A stretch of DNA of 64,000 nt from Vicinamibacteria bacterium (GTDB taxonomy: Bacteria; Acidobacteriota; Vicinamibacteria; Marinacidobacterales; Marinacidobacteraceae): contig OZ241322.1 in assembly GCA_965199715.1 (NCBI GenBank), forward strand, positions 672,001 to 736,000, written 5' to 3'. Below the pieces are notes generated by a model. The model was given only the letters and a program-made list of their open reading frames with translations, searched no databases and was not told the origin of the DNA. Shown piece by piece: positions 9,166-18,526 of the stretch (its first letter is position 1; each line of letters begins with the position of its first letter). A program made the translations under genes and the position numbers.

Positions 9166-11498
9166 CAGGGGAGCTCCCGGAGCACCCGGTCCTCGAGCCG
9201 GTACCGCTCCCAGCCGTCGAAGTCGAAGTGCCACCACTCGTGCTCGTACACGGTGAATCCCTCGCGCTCCATGGTCCGCCGGAGCAGCTCGCGCAGATGC
9301 CGCTCCTGCGACGTCCCGCCGACGTATCCCGGAAACGCCCGCTCCGAGAACTCGTCGTACCCGGAGATGAAGCGCGCCGGCTCGCCGGTGTCGAGGCGGA
9401 CGAGGCCGATGTCCACCGCCGCGCCCCGGTTGTGGCGGGAGCCGTCGTCGGGGTCGGCCACGAAGATGCGCTGGGCCTCGGGGGTCGCGTCCCAGAACAT
9501 CTTCGTGACCGGCCACGGGCGATAGCCGTCCTGGACCAGGATCGCGTACCCGTGGTCGTGCATGACCCGATTCGCCCGCGCGAGCGCCTCGGCGGCCGGG
9601 CGCTGCAAGAAGGCGTCGGGGACCTCGTAGAACGCCGCGCCCATGAAGTTGTTCGTGGTCGCGTAGCGCACGTCGAGGCGCAGCGTCGGATCCACGTCGG
9701 TGAGGCGCACGAGGTCCGACTCCGCGAAGTCGCCGGTCTCCTCGGGCATCGAGGCGGCCTCGGCGATACGGCGCAGCTCCGGGATCGGGAGCCGCGGCTC
9801 GATGCGGAACGTCCCCTCGCCGGGGCCGGGCCGGCGCGGGAAGACGATCCCCCCGAGATCGGCGCCCGTCACCCGCCCGCGGTCGTCCCGGAGGAAGCGC
9901 AGCGACTCGCCCGGATAGAGCCCGCCGTCGGGAAAGTCGAAGCGGTCGGGATCGTCCGCCCGGGCGGTCATGCGATACCGCTCGAGCCACTCGACGAGAA
10001 CGTGGAGGGCGCCGTCGTCCTCGAACACGAACAGCACGTTGTGGTCGGGGCCGTACTCGCCCAGCAGCGCAACGAGCTCCGGCGGCGGCGGGGGCGGCGG
10101 CGGATCGGGGACCCGGCGCAGCACGGCGTATCCGAGCCGCACGGCCGGAATCGGGTCCGCGTCCGGCGCTTCGACGTGAAGCGCCGGGCCGTAACTCAGG
10201 CGGGAGTCGGCGATCAACGCGCCCGGCTCGTCGAGCGCTCGCAGCTCCAGCGTGGAGCTGCCGATCTCGAGCTCGGCCCGATGGCGGCGCGCCCGGATGC
10301 GCAGGGACTCGCCGTTCTCGCCCTCGTAGCGCCCGTCGAGGCGGAAGGCGAGCCCTTCGGGGAGCGGCCGGGAGGCGGGTTCGGCGGCGGCGCTCGGATC
10401 GAGCGCGAGCCGCAGCATCCGGCGCAGGATCCGCCGGGCGACCCCGTTCGTGAAGTCCACGCTCGAGACCACGACGCCGCCGATTCCCGCGTCGGGAAGA
10501 TACGCGAGCTCGGTGGAGAAGCCGTAGATCGCCCCGCCGTGCCCGACCGAGCGGTGGGTCTCGCCTCCCGCCTCGAGCGCCCCGACGAGGAATCCGAGGC
10601 CGAAGCCCCGGTCCGGATCCTCGCCCGGATACTGGATCCGCTGCATCTCCTCGAGCCCCTCCCCCGACAGCACGCCGGGGAGGCTCCCGTCCGACAGCAG
10701 CGTCAGGAACCGCCCGAGGTCGCGGACGCTCGTGACGAGCGACCCCGCCGGCGCCATGCCGAGCGGGAACTCGGGAGCCGGAAACTCGCGCCCGTCGTAG
10801 CTCCACATGACCCCGGACGCGAGGCGGTCCGGCGGGGCCTCGTCGAGCCGGAACCACGAGGACTCGAGCCCGAGCGGAAGCAGCACCGACGAGCGCACGG
10901 CCTGGCCGAAGGGAACGCCGGCGGCGCGCTCGACGACCCGCCCGACGACCGCGATCCCGGCGTTCGAGTACTTCCGGCGGGCGCCGGGCGGGAAGACCAG
11001 CGGAATCGGGTTCAGGCTGGCGACCGTGTCTTCCAGCGAGGGGAGCGAATCGTCGAAGTAGTTGCCGACCGGCGGTTCCCGCACGAGGCCCGACCGGTGC
11101 GCCATGAGCTGGCGCAGCGTGATCGCTCCGTCGCCGGGCGCGAAGTCCGGGAGGGCGTCGCGCACCGACGCGTCGAGGTCGAGTTCGCCCGCCTCGACGA
11201 GCCCCATGACCGCGATGTCGGTGAACAGCTTCGAGACGGAGCCCACGCGGAAAAGCGTGTCCGCGTCGGCCGGTCGGCCCGGACGCGCCTCGCCGAAGCC
11301 CCGCGCCCAGACGACCCGGGCGCCGTCGGTGAGCGCGACCGCCATCGCCGGGATCCGCTTGGCCTCCATTTCCGAGCGTACGAGCGCCGAGACTTCGACG
11401 GCGACGGCGTCGCGGCCGCCGAGGGGGCCGACGACGCCGGGCTTCGGCTCGGGAGCGCAGCCCCAAAGCAGCAGGACGGAGACGGCGAGGCGGTTCAC
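9165..11498 (-). CDS. Lipoprotein: serine hydrolase (beta-lactamase/AmpC-like) fused to M15 D-Ala-D-Ala dipeptidase (VanX-like)
   Basis: Lipobox LWGC. SxxK (SVSK), YSN and HGG in the N-domain. DGYRP, SRHNRGAAVD and EWWHF in the C-domain. Confidence 0.88.
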   Translation of the reverse strand: MNRLAVSVLLLWGCAPEPKPGVVGPLGGRDAVAVEVSALVRSEMEAKRIPAMAVALTDGARVVWARGFGEARPGRPADADTLFRVGSVSKLFTDIAVMGLVEAGELDLDASVRDALPDFAPGDGAITLRQLMAHRSGLVREPPVGNYFDDSLPSLEDTVASLNPIPLVFPPGARRKYSNAGIAVVGRVVERAAGVPFGQAVRSSVLLPLGLESSWFRLDEAPPDRLASGVMWSYDGREFPAPEFPLGMAPAGSLVTSVRDLGRFLTLLSDGSLPGVLSGEGLEEMQRIQYPGEDPDRGFGLGFLVGALEAGGETHRSVGHGGAIYGFSTELAYLPDAGIGGVVVSSVDFTNGVARRILRRMLRLALDPSAAAEPASRPLPEGLAFRLDGRYEGENGESLRIRARRHRAELEIGSSTLELRALDEPGALIADSRLSYGPALHVEAPDADPIPAVRLGYAVLRRVPDPPPPPPPPELVALLGEYGPDHNVLFVFEDDGALHVLVEWLERYRMTARADDPDRFDFPDGGLYPGESLRFLRDDRGRVTGADLGGIVFPRRPGPGEGTFRIEPRLPIPELRRIAEAASMPEETGDFAESDLVRLTDVDPTLRLDVRYATTNNFMGAAFYEVPDAFLQRPAAEALARANRVMHDHGYAILVQDGYRPWPVTKMFWDATPEAQRIFVADPDDGSRHNRGAAVDIGLVRLDTGEPARFISGYDEFSERAFPGYVGGTSQERHLRELLRRTMEREGFTVYEHEWWHFDFDGWERYRLEDRVLRELP

Positions 11499-12769
11499 TG
11501 CTGGGTCGGCGGAGCGGACGGGTCGCTTTCGGGCGGATCCGAGAGCTCGCGGCCGGCGGGACGGCCCCCGAGCGCGTCGTCGAGGAAATCGGCCACGCGG
11601 TTCCAGAAGAGTCCGCGGGGCGGGTAGCTGTCGAACCCGTGCTCCCCTCCGGGGATGACCCAGCGGACCGACGGGAGCCCGGCGGCGCGGCGCGCCTCAT
11701 GCATGGCCTCGCTGTGCTCGGGGGGCACCTGGCGGTCCCGGTCGCCGTGGATGAAGAGGACCGGGCCGGGGATTCGAGCGATCTCGTCCAGCGGCCGCAC
11801 GCTGCGCAAGCGCAGCCCGGTGCGCGCCCGGACCGCGAGCGCGAGCGGCCCCCGAAGCCACAGCGAGCCGCCGCGCGAGGAGAGCATCGTCCCGGCGGCG
11901 TCCCACAGGTCGCCGTAGGGAGCGTCCAGAACGAGCGCCGGCACGTCGCCGAGCGCGGCCGCGGCGTAGATCGCCGAGGCGGCCCCGTTCGAGGTGCCGA
12001 AGACGGTCACCCGGTTCGCGTCGGCGTCGGGCCGCCCGCGCAGCCACTCGACCATCGCGCGCACGTCGTGGCGCTCGTTCATCGTGTAGGTTATGTACGT
12101 GCCTTCGCTGGTTCCCCGCCCGGAGAGGTCCATCGTGAGGACCCCGTAGCCGCGGCGGAGGAGGAATCCGCCCGCCTGCTCCAGCGCCTGGAAGCGCGAC
12201 GAGTGGGCGCCGTGCACCCAGGCGACGGAGCGTCCGTCCGAATTCGCGGGAGGCGGCATCCACCAGCCGCGCAGCAGGTGCCCGCTGTCCGACGGAATCT
12301 CCACGTCCTCCCAGGCGAGGCCCAGATCCCCCGGATGGCGGATCCAAGGGTCGAGGCGCAGCGGGAGCCGAAGCTCGCGCCCGCCCCGGACCAAGTCCAG
12401 AAGGACCTCGTCTCCCGCGAGCCGGGTCCGACGCAGGCCGTCCATCGCCTCGCGCGTCCCCGAGTAGGCCGCGCCGTCCACCGCGGCCACGAGGTCTCCG
12501 GGGGCGAGGCCGGCATCCCTGCCCTTCACCGAGACCCGGCGCATGACGAACCCGTCGCCGTCCTCCCAAGGACTCGAGAACCCCAGAAACGCCACGCCGG
12601 GCGCGGGACCGCCCGCTGGCGCGCCCCGCGTCTGCGCCGGGGCGCGGCGAAACCCGGTGGTGTAGGCGAGCGCCATCCGGTCGAGCATCCAGACGGCGGA
12701 CGCGAGAGCGACGGCCAGCGCCGCTCCGACCGCCCACCGGAGGAGGCGGAAGCGGGACCACTGCGGCAT
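11495..12769 (-). CDS. Alpha/beta hydrolase with N-terminal TM and PDZ-like domain
   Basis: AGLAPGDLVAAVDG (PDZ-like), GTSNG nucleophile elbow, IHGDRD and GGEHG. Confidence 0.8.
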   Translation of the reverse strand: MPQWSRFRLLRWAVGAALAVALASAVWMLDRMALAYTTGFRRAPAQTRGAPAGGPAPGVAFLGFSSPWEDGDGFVMRRVSVKGRDAGLAPGDLVAAVDGAAYSGTREAMDGLRRTRLAGDEVLLDLVRGGRELRLPLRLDPWIRHPGDLGLAWEDVEIPSDSGHLLRGWWMPPPANSDGRSVAWVHGAHSSRFQALEQAGGFLLRRGYGVLTMDLSGRGTSEGTYITYTMNERHDVRAMVEWLRGRPDADANRVTVFGTSNGAASAIYAAAALGDVPALVLDAPYGDLWDAAGTMLSSRGGSLWLRGPLALAVRARTGLRLRSVRPLDEIARIPGPVLFIHGDRDRQVPPEHSEAMHEARRAAGLPSVRWVIPGGEHGFDSYPPRGLFWNRVADFLDDALGGRPAGRELSDPPESDPSAPPTQQ

Positions 12770-12845
12770 CGGCCAATTCTAGGAGGCCCGACGGGTCTCG
12801 GTTGTAAGTTTCGCGCCGGTTCCGCCGTATGGGAGAGCAGGAGGC

Positions 12846-13415
12846 ATGCTGAGTGTTGAGGAGATCCGCCGACTGGTCGCCGTTTGCCAGGAATCGGATC
12901 GGACTCCCGGAGACGAGGCGGAAGCCGCCGCCGCCTGGGGACGGCTCTACGCCTGGTTCCATCCCCGCGTCCTCGGCGTGTGCCGCCGACTGGTTCCCGA
13001 GGCGGGCGAGGATCTCGCGAGCGAGGTCATGATGAAGGCGCGGTTCCGGCTCTCGACCTTCGATCGCGAGCGCGATTTCGGCCCGTGGCTCTACCGGGTC
13101 GCGGCCAACCGCTGCCTCGACGAGGTCAAGACCGCGCGTCGGCGCGAACCGCTCGCCGGAGCGGCGATCGAGGCGGCCGAATCGTCCGAGCCGACGGCGC
13201 TGGATCGCTTGATCGCCGCCGAACGCAAGGAACGGATCGCCGGAGCCATCGAGAAGCTGCCGTACCGCCAGCGGTTCGCGGTCACGCTCCGGTACGGCGC
13301 GGACCTCGACTACGCCGGGATCGCGGAGACCCTCGGCACCTCGAAGAACCACGTCGGAGTTCTCCTTCTCCGCGGCCGGCGGCGGCTTCGCGTCCTTCTG
13401 GCGGAAGAGTCGTGA
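12846..13415 (+). CDS. ECF RNA polymerase sigma factor
   Basis: FGPWLYRVAANRCLD (region 2) and LDYAGIAETLG (region 4). AGGAGG SD-like motif upstream. Confidence 0.9.
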   Translation: MLSVEEIRRLVAVCQESDRTPGDEAEAAAAWGRLYAWFHPRVLGVCRRLVPEAGEDLASEVMMKARFRLSTFDRERDFGPWLYRVAANRCLDEVKTARRREPLAGAAIEAAESSEPTALDRLIAAERKERIAGAIEKLPYRQRFAVTLRYGADLDYAGIAETLGTSKNHVGVLLLRGRRRLRVLLAEES

Positions 13416-15007
13416 GCGCCTGCCTTCAGGAGCTGGAGCTCCTCGCGCTCGCGGACGGCGAGCTCGGCCCGACGGCGGCGGCGGAAGCGCGCCGCCACCT
13501 CGAGGGCTGCGAGCGTTGCCGGGAGCTGGCCGCGGGACTCGAGAACGAAACCTCCGCGCTGCGCGCCGGACTCGCTCCGGCTGCGAGCGCGGAGGAAACC
13601 GCGCGGCGCGAGTTCGGCTGGGTCGTCGCCGCCGGACTCGCGCTCTCGGCCGGCGTGCTCGGCGTCCAGCAGATGCGGTCCGCCGCCCGGGACCTGACGG
13701 ACGCGGTCCCGCTGAGCGACCCCATCCCGCTCGTTTCCTCGATCAGCCGCTTCGTCATCTCGCTACTGGATCCGCAATCCCTGCTCACCACGATCACCCA
13801 AGGAGGCATCGTCATGCTGACGCTCATCGGCATCGCCGCTCTCTCGTCCGCGCTCCGCCGCTCGCGGGGCGCGCTCGTCCCGCTGCTCGCCGCCGCCGCG
13901 GTCCTTCCGACCGCGCGGCCGGCGGAAGCGCTCCACATCATTCGGGGAGACGGGGAATCCGCGTCCTGCCGGGTGGGCGCGGAAGAGGTGATCCGGGACG
14001 ACGTGATCCTGCTGTGCACCAGCGCGACCATCGCCGGGCTCGTCGAGGGGGACGTGATCTTCCTCGCCCAGAGCCTCGACGTGAGCGGGCGCGTGGCGGG
14101 GAGCCTGCTCGGGGCCGCCGAAGTCGTGGACATCTCCGGCGCGGTGGATCAAAGCGTCCGCGTCGCGAGCCAGCGCATGTACGTTTCGGGGACGATCGGG
14201 CGGTCGCTGATGGCCTTCGGGGAGCGGGTGAACGTGCGTCCCGACGGGAGCGTCGGCGGCTCGGCCACGACGTTCGCGTCGAACGTGCTGATCGAGGGAC
14301 CGGTCGGAGGCAACCTGCGCGCCGGCGGCGCGGAAATCCACCTCGACAGCGAGATCGGCGGCGAGATCCACACGAGCGGCGGGGATCTCGCGGTAGGCCC
14401 CAGGGCCAGCGCCGGCGGCGCCGTGGTCCACACCGGAGCCGAAGCCCCCGGCGACTCGGGGGGCCTCCGGGTGGACTGGCGTCCGCCCGAGGAGGAGGCC
14501 GAAGAATCCGCGGGTCTCCGCGAGCCGGTCCGGCGCGCCGGGATGCGCACCCTGATGGGGACCGTGCTGGGGCTCGTGCTCGTCTTCCTCGCGGGGCCGA
14601 CGATGCGGCGGATCGCGGCGACGGCGCGGCGCCCGATGGTCCCGCTGCTGGTGGGAGCGGTGCTCGCGGTCGCGGTGCCGATCCTCTCGGTGCTGGTCGC
14701 CGTGACGGTCGTGGGGATTCCCCTCGGAGTGACCGCGCTGTTCGCATGGCTGTTCGCGCTTTACGCCTCCCGCCTCGTCGTGGGCCTGCTCCTCGGCGAA
14801 CTGATCCTCGGGCCGGGGTCCACCCGCCTCCACACGTTGCTGCGGCTGTTGCTCGGGCTGGCCATCCTTTCCGTGGCCATGGAGATTCCATTCGTCGGCG
14901 GCCTCGTCGCGATCGTGGCCATCGCGGTCGGCTTCGGCGCCTTCGCGGTGTGGGCCTTCCGCGCCTGGCGGGCGCCCGCCGGAGTAGAGTTGCCCGCGCA
15001 GGGATGA
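13412..15007 (+). CDS. Zinc-finger (ZAS) anti-sigma factor fused to bactofilin/beta-helix-like repeats and a multi-TM C-terminal domain
   Basis: GTG overlaps the sigma stop. HLEGCERC (HxxxCxxC), TM segments, repeated IxGxVxGx motifs and 4-5 C-terminal TMs. Confidence 0.75.
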   Translation: MSACLQELELLALADGELGPTAAAEARRHLEGCERCRELAAGLENETSALRAGLAPAASAEETARREFGWVVAAGLALSAGVLGVQQMRSAARDLTDAVPLSDPIPLVSSISRFVISLLDPQSLLTTITQGGIVMLTLIGIAALSSALRRSRGALVPLLAAAAVLPTARPAEALHIIRGDGESASCRVGAEEVIRDDVILLCTSATIAGLVEGDVIFLAQSLDVSGRVAGSLLGAAEVVDISGAVDQSVRVASQRMYVSGTIGRSLMAFGERVNVRPDGSVGGSATTFASNVLIEGPVGGNLRAGGAEIHLDSEIGGEIHTSGGDLAVGPRASAGGAVVHTGAEAPGDSGGLRVDWRPPEEEAEESAGLREPVRRAGMRTLMGTVLGLVLVFLAGPTMRRIAATARRPMVPLLVGAVLAVAVPILSVLVAVTVVGIPLGVTALFAWLFALYASRLVVGLLLGELILGPGSTRLHTLLRLLLGLAILSVAMEIPFVGGLVAIVAIAVGFGAFAVWAFRAWRAPAGVELPAQG

Positions 15008-15447
15008 GCTGGCTGCAGCGGATGGTCGCCCGCGGGGACGCGCCCGAACCGCTTCCCCCGCCGGGGCTGCGGGACCTCCAGATCGCGACCGCGGCCCTCG
15101 CGCTGGAAGTCTCCGGGGCGGACGACCGGGTCGAAGAATCCGAGCGCGCCGAGATCCGGCGCGCCCTCGGAGCGGCCTTCGGCCTCGCGCCCGAGGAGCT
15201 CGCCGGCGTGCTGAACGCGGCGCAGCGCCGCACCGGGGAGGCGGTGTCGCTCTACGAGCTCACCCGCCTGCTCGACCGAGCGTTCACCGTCGAGCAGAAG
15301 GGAACGGTCGTCGAGCTCCTCTTCCGGGTCGCCTACGCGGACGCCTTCCTCGCCGGCGAGGAGGAGCACCTGATCCGGAAGGTTGCGACGCTGCTGCACG
15401 TGGAGCACCCGGCGTTCGTCGCCGCGCGCCGCCGAGCGCGAAGCTGA
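15004..15447 (+). CDS. TerB family protein
   Basis: C-terminal part of track ORF 13516..15447: ATAALALEVSGAD...SLYELTRLL...RVAYAD...EEHLIRKVATLL. Confidence 0.85.
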   Translation: MSWLQRMVARGDAPEPLPPPGLRDLQIATAALALEVSGADDRVEESERAEIRRALGAAFGLAPEELAGVLNAAQRRTGEAVSLYELTRLLDRAFTVEQKGTVVELLFRVAYADAFLAGEEEHLIRKVATLLHVEHPAFVAARRRARS

Positions 15448-15762
15448 CGGGCGGCCGCCCGCGGCCCCGGGAGGCTGGCCACGATTCGGAACTCTGTTGT
15501 CGGTTCCGACTCGCAAGGTGGGAAGATGGAGTCGCTTCCCATGCGCTTGTCTCGCTCATTCGTACTGCTCTGCTGCATTCTTGTTCTCGGCTGTGGGCTA
15601 TCTCCCACCCAAAATGCACATCTTGTGTCACTTGTCGCGTCGGGCGACGTGACCCTGACCAACGTGCGCGGCAGTGGGTCGTCAACGGGTACAGTTGCAC
15701 GCAGTACTGCGCAATGGGACGAATCACCCGATCCGCGTTAGCACTCGCCTCGAGCATGGGTT

Positions 15763-16980
15763 GGAAGGTCTGAATATCGCCGGGTTTCCGGCGTTGCACG
15801 CATGATTCCCGAGGCGAGACGTCAAGTCTCGGGCGATACGAGGAATATGAAGCGCTATTCCGGGAAACGCCGGCGTCGTCCCGGCGCAACGTCCCGTGCG
15901 TTCATGCGCCCGACGCCGTGAACCGCACGGCGGGCGCACCCGTCCCCTACGCCGGCGGCGCCCGCAACAGCGTTCGTCGCGCCGAGTACAGGTTCACCAG
16001 CGCGAACGGCGCCTTGATGTGACGCGCGTTCTTCGCGAGGCCCCGGAAGCGCGTCTTCCGGAACCCGAACACGCGCTTCAGCACCAGGAACGGATGCTCC
16101 GCCCGCGCCCGCACCCGCGACTTCGTCCGGTTCCCGCGCCGCTCCTTCTCCGTGAGCGGTCGGTTCCGGGCCGCCTCGCTCAGCGTGTGGTCCTGCGCCC
16201 GAGGCGCGGCGGCCCGGATCCTCGCCTTCCGGCCCACGTACGCCTTGTCGCCCCACACCTTGGTCTCGGCCCCGTGGAGCAGCTTCCCCACGACCCGGGA
16301 GTCATGGACGTTGGCCGGGGTCACCTCCGCCGCGTGGACGTACTTCGACCGGGAGTCCATCCCGATGTGCGCCTTCAAGCCGAAGAACCACCGGCCGCCC
16401 TTGTGCGTGCGCCCCATCTCCGGGTCCCGCTTCCGATCCCGGTTCTTCGTCGACGTGGGCGCGTCCACGATGGTCGCGTCGACCACCGTCCCGCGCCGCA
16501 CCAGGACGCCCGACTTCCCGAGGCGCTCTCCGACGACCTTCAGGATCGCCTCCCCGAAGCCGCGCCGCTCGAGGAGCCCCCGGAACTTGCAGATCGTGGT
16601 CTCGTCGGGCGCCCGCTCCCGTCCGAGGTCGATCCCCGCGAACGTCCGCATGGCGCGCGAGTCGTGCAACTGCTCCTCCGCCCTGGGATCGGAGAGGTCG
16701 AACCAGCACTGCAGCAGATAGATCCGCAACATCCGCTCCAGCCCGATGGGCGGACGGCCGCGCTCCCCGGAGGGATACACGGGCTCGATCAGGTTGACCA
16801 GCTCGTCCCACGGGACGATCCGATCCATCTCCTCAAGAAACAGATCTCGCCGCGTCTTCTTCCGGAAACGATCGAACCCCACCGTCGCGAATGTCCGCCG
16901 CCGCATCACCGTAACCTCCGGAAGAAACGAACATCGGCACTTTACCAGTGATCCGGTGTTGCGAATAAATCAGACCTTCC
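15763..16980 (-). mobile_element. IS5-family insertion sequence (1218 bp)
   Basis: Terminal inverted repeats GGAAGGTCTGAAT (starting 15763) and AATCAGACCTTCC (ending 16980). GGTT direct repeat at 15759-15762 and 16981-16984. Confidence 0.93.
15947..16909 (-). CDS. IS5-family DDE transposase
   Basis: KKTRRDLFLEEMDRIVPW, VVDATIV, FGLKAHIG, WGDKAY and RARAEHPF motifs, uninterrupted ORF. Confidence 0.95.
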   Translation of the reverse strand: MMRRRTFATVGFDRFRKKTRRDLFLEEMDRIVPWDELVNLIEPVYPSGERGRPPIGLERMLRIYLLQCWFDLSDPRAEEQLHDSRAMRTFAGIDLGRERAPDETTICKFRGLLERRGFGEAILKVVGERLGKSGVLVRRGTVVDATIVDAPTSTKNRDRKRDPEMGRTHKGGRWFFGLKAHIGMDSRSKYVHAAEVTPANVHDSRVVGKLLHGAETKVWGDKAYVGRKARIRAAAPRAQDHTLSEAARNRPLTEKERRGNRTKSRVRARAEHPFLVLKRVFGFRKTRFRGLAKNARHIKAPFALVNLYSARRTLLRAPPA

Positions 16981-17414
16981 GGTTGTATCTTGCGAACGCC
17001 AACACCGATTCGCAGAACATGCTTGTTACCGGAGTGGTCGATGGCAACTACAAGTACTACGTGGATGGCCGCTTCGGCTACATCGGGTTGCCGCCTTCTG
17101 GAAGCATGAGCGTCGTCCTCAACGCCTACTGCGTGGACTTCGAGCGCGACCACCCAAGCAGCGACGACTCTTGAACGTCAGGCGGGTACCAAGCGGGATC
17201 CAGAGCACGGTAGCCAATCTCCTCGCGTACGAACGCACAGCCGATGATCCATCAGTGACTGCCGCCCAAGTGGCCCTATGGTTGGCGCAAGGCGTCGCCG
17301 CACGAGACATAAGAGAGAGATTCCGGTTCAACGCAGACGACGAGCGTGAGGCGCGGAGAATCATCGATGGGGCTTACGTCCAAGAGAACTGATACGGCCT
17401 TGGTCGCACGGGAC

Positions 17415-18473
17415 TCAGCCGCCGAGGCGGCCGAGGATGTTGTCGGCGACCTCGGCGGTTCCGGCTGAGCCCCCGAGATCGCGCGTCAGGACCTCCCCCC
17501 GAAGGCACGCCGAGACCGCGTCGCGCAGCGCCGCCGCTTCCTCCTCGAGGCCGAAGCTCAGCTCCAGCATCATCGCGGAGGAGGAGATCGCGGCGAGCGG
17601 GTTCGCGGCGCCCTGGCCGGCGATGTCCGGGGCGGACCCGTGGACCGGCTCGTACAGGCCGGCGCCGTCGCCGACGCTCGCCGACGGGAGCAGCCCGAGC
17701 GAGCCGGCCAGCACCGAGGCCTCGTCGCTCAGGATGTCGCCGAACATGTTCCCGGTGAGGATCACGTCGAACTGGCGGGGGTCGCGGACAATCTCCATGG
17801 CCGCCCGGTCCACGTACATGTGATCCAGCGCGACTCCGGGGAACTCCCCGGCGACCCGCGCGACGGTCTCCCGCCACAGCGCCGAAGACTCGAGCACGTT
17901 GGCCTTGTCCACGGAGAGCACCTGCTTGCGCCGCCGTTCCGCCGCCCGGAACGCCACCCGGGCGATGCGTTCGATCTCGCGCGTCTCGTAGCGCAGCGTG
18001 TTCACGCCGACCCGATTCGGACCGGTTCCGGTGATCCCCCGGGGCTCGCCGTAGTAGATGCCCCCGGTCAGCTCCCGGACGATGAGCAGGTCCGCGCCCT
18101 CGATGGCCTCCGGCCGGAAGGGAGAACTGTCAAGCACTCGCTCGACCCGGACCGGGCGGAGGTTCGCGTACGCCCCGAGCATCCGGCGCAGTTCGAGGAG
18201 CGCCCGTTCGGGCCGCTCGGCCTGCGGCAGATGGTCGTGGCGCGGATCGCCGACCGCCCCGAGGAAGATGGCGCGGGCGCCGGCGCAAGCCTCGCGGGTC
18301 GCGTCGGGGAACCCGGTCCCGTATCGGTCCCACGCCTCCCCGGCGAACGGGAACCGTCGGATTTCCAGTTGGTGGCCAAAGCGCTCGGCGACCCGCTCGA
18401 GCGCGAGAACCGCCTGGTCCACGACCTCCGGCCCGATTCCGTCGCCGGGCAAGCACGTCACCGGTATGCGCAT
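17415..18473 (-). CDS. leuB: 3-isopropylmalate dehydrogenase
   Basis: LPGDGIGPEV, ANLRP, VRELTGGIYYGEP, VDKANVL, NMFGDILSDEAS and YEPVHGSAPDIAG. Confidence 0.95.
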   Translation of the reverse strand: MRIPVTCLPGDGIGPEVVDQAVLALERVAERFGHQLEIRRFPFAGEAWDRYGTGFPDATREACAGARAIFLGAVGDPRHDHLPQAERPERALLELRRMLGAYANLRPVRVERVLDSSPFRPEAIEGADLLIVRELTGGIYYGEPRGITGTGPNRVGVNTLRYETREIERIARVAFRAAERRRKQVLSVDKANVLESSALWRETVARVAGEFPGVALDHMYVDRAAMEIVRDPRQFDVILTGNMFGDILSDEASVLAGSLGLLPSASVGDGAGLYEPVHGSAPDIAGQGAANPLAAISSSAMMLELSFGLEEEAAALRDAVSACLRGEVLTRDLGGSAGTAEVADNILGRLGG

Positions 18474-18526
18474 GGGCGCCGATAGTAAGGCGCGATTCGG
18501 CGGTTCCGCCCCTAGACTCTCGCCCC

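Larger units (their letters stand above)
15541..17392 (+). pseudogene. Secreted/lipoprotein-like hypothetical gene disrupted by IS5 and two frameshifts
   Basis: Removing the IS and one GGTT copy joins ...RVSTRLEHG to LYLANANTDSQNM... in frame. Further frame breaks occur near 15697 and 17170. The segment is visibly less GC-rich than its flanks. Confidence 0.75.

Noticed and set aside
3343-11700. Apparent giant fusions in the track (3343..6987, 8437..11700; likewise 19174..22527 and 40168..43026)
   Set aside because: The N-terminal parts are shadow frames. True starts overlap the upstream stop codons or follow a -10 box.
15487-15540. Short inverted repeats TCGGAAC-N10-GTTCCGA and GGGAAG...CTTCCC upstream of the pseudogene
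   Set aside because: Too short to distinguish from chance, and no cognate regulator is evident.
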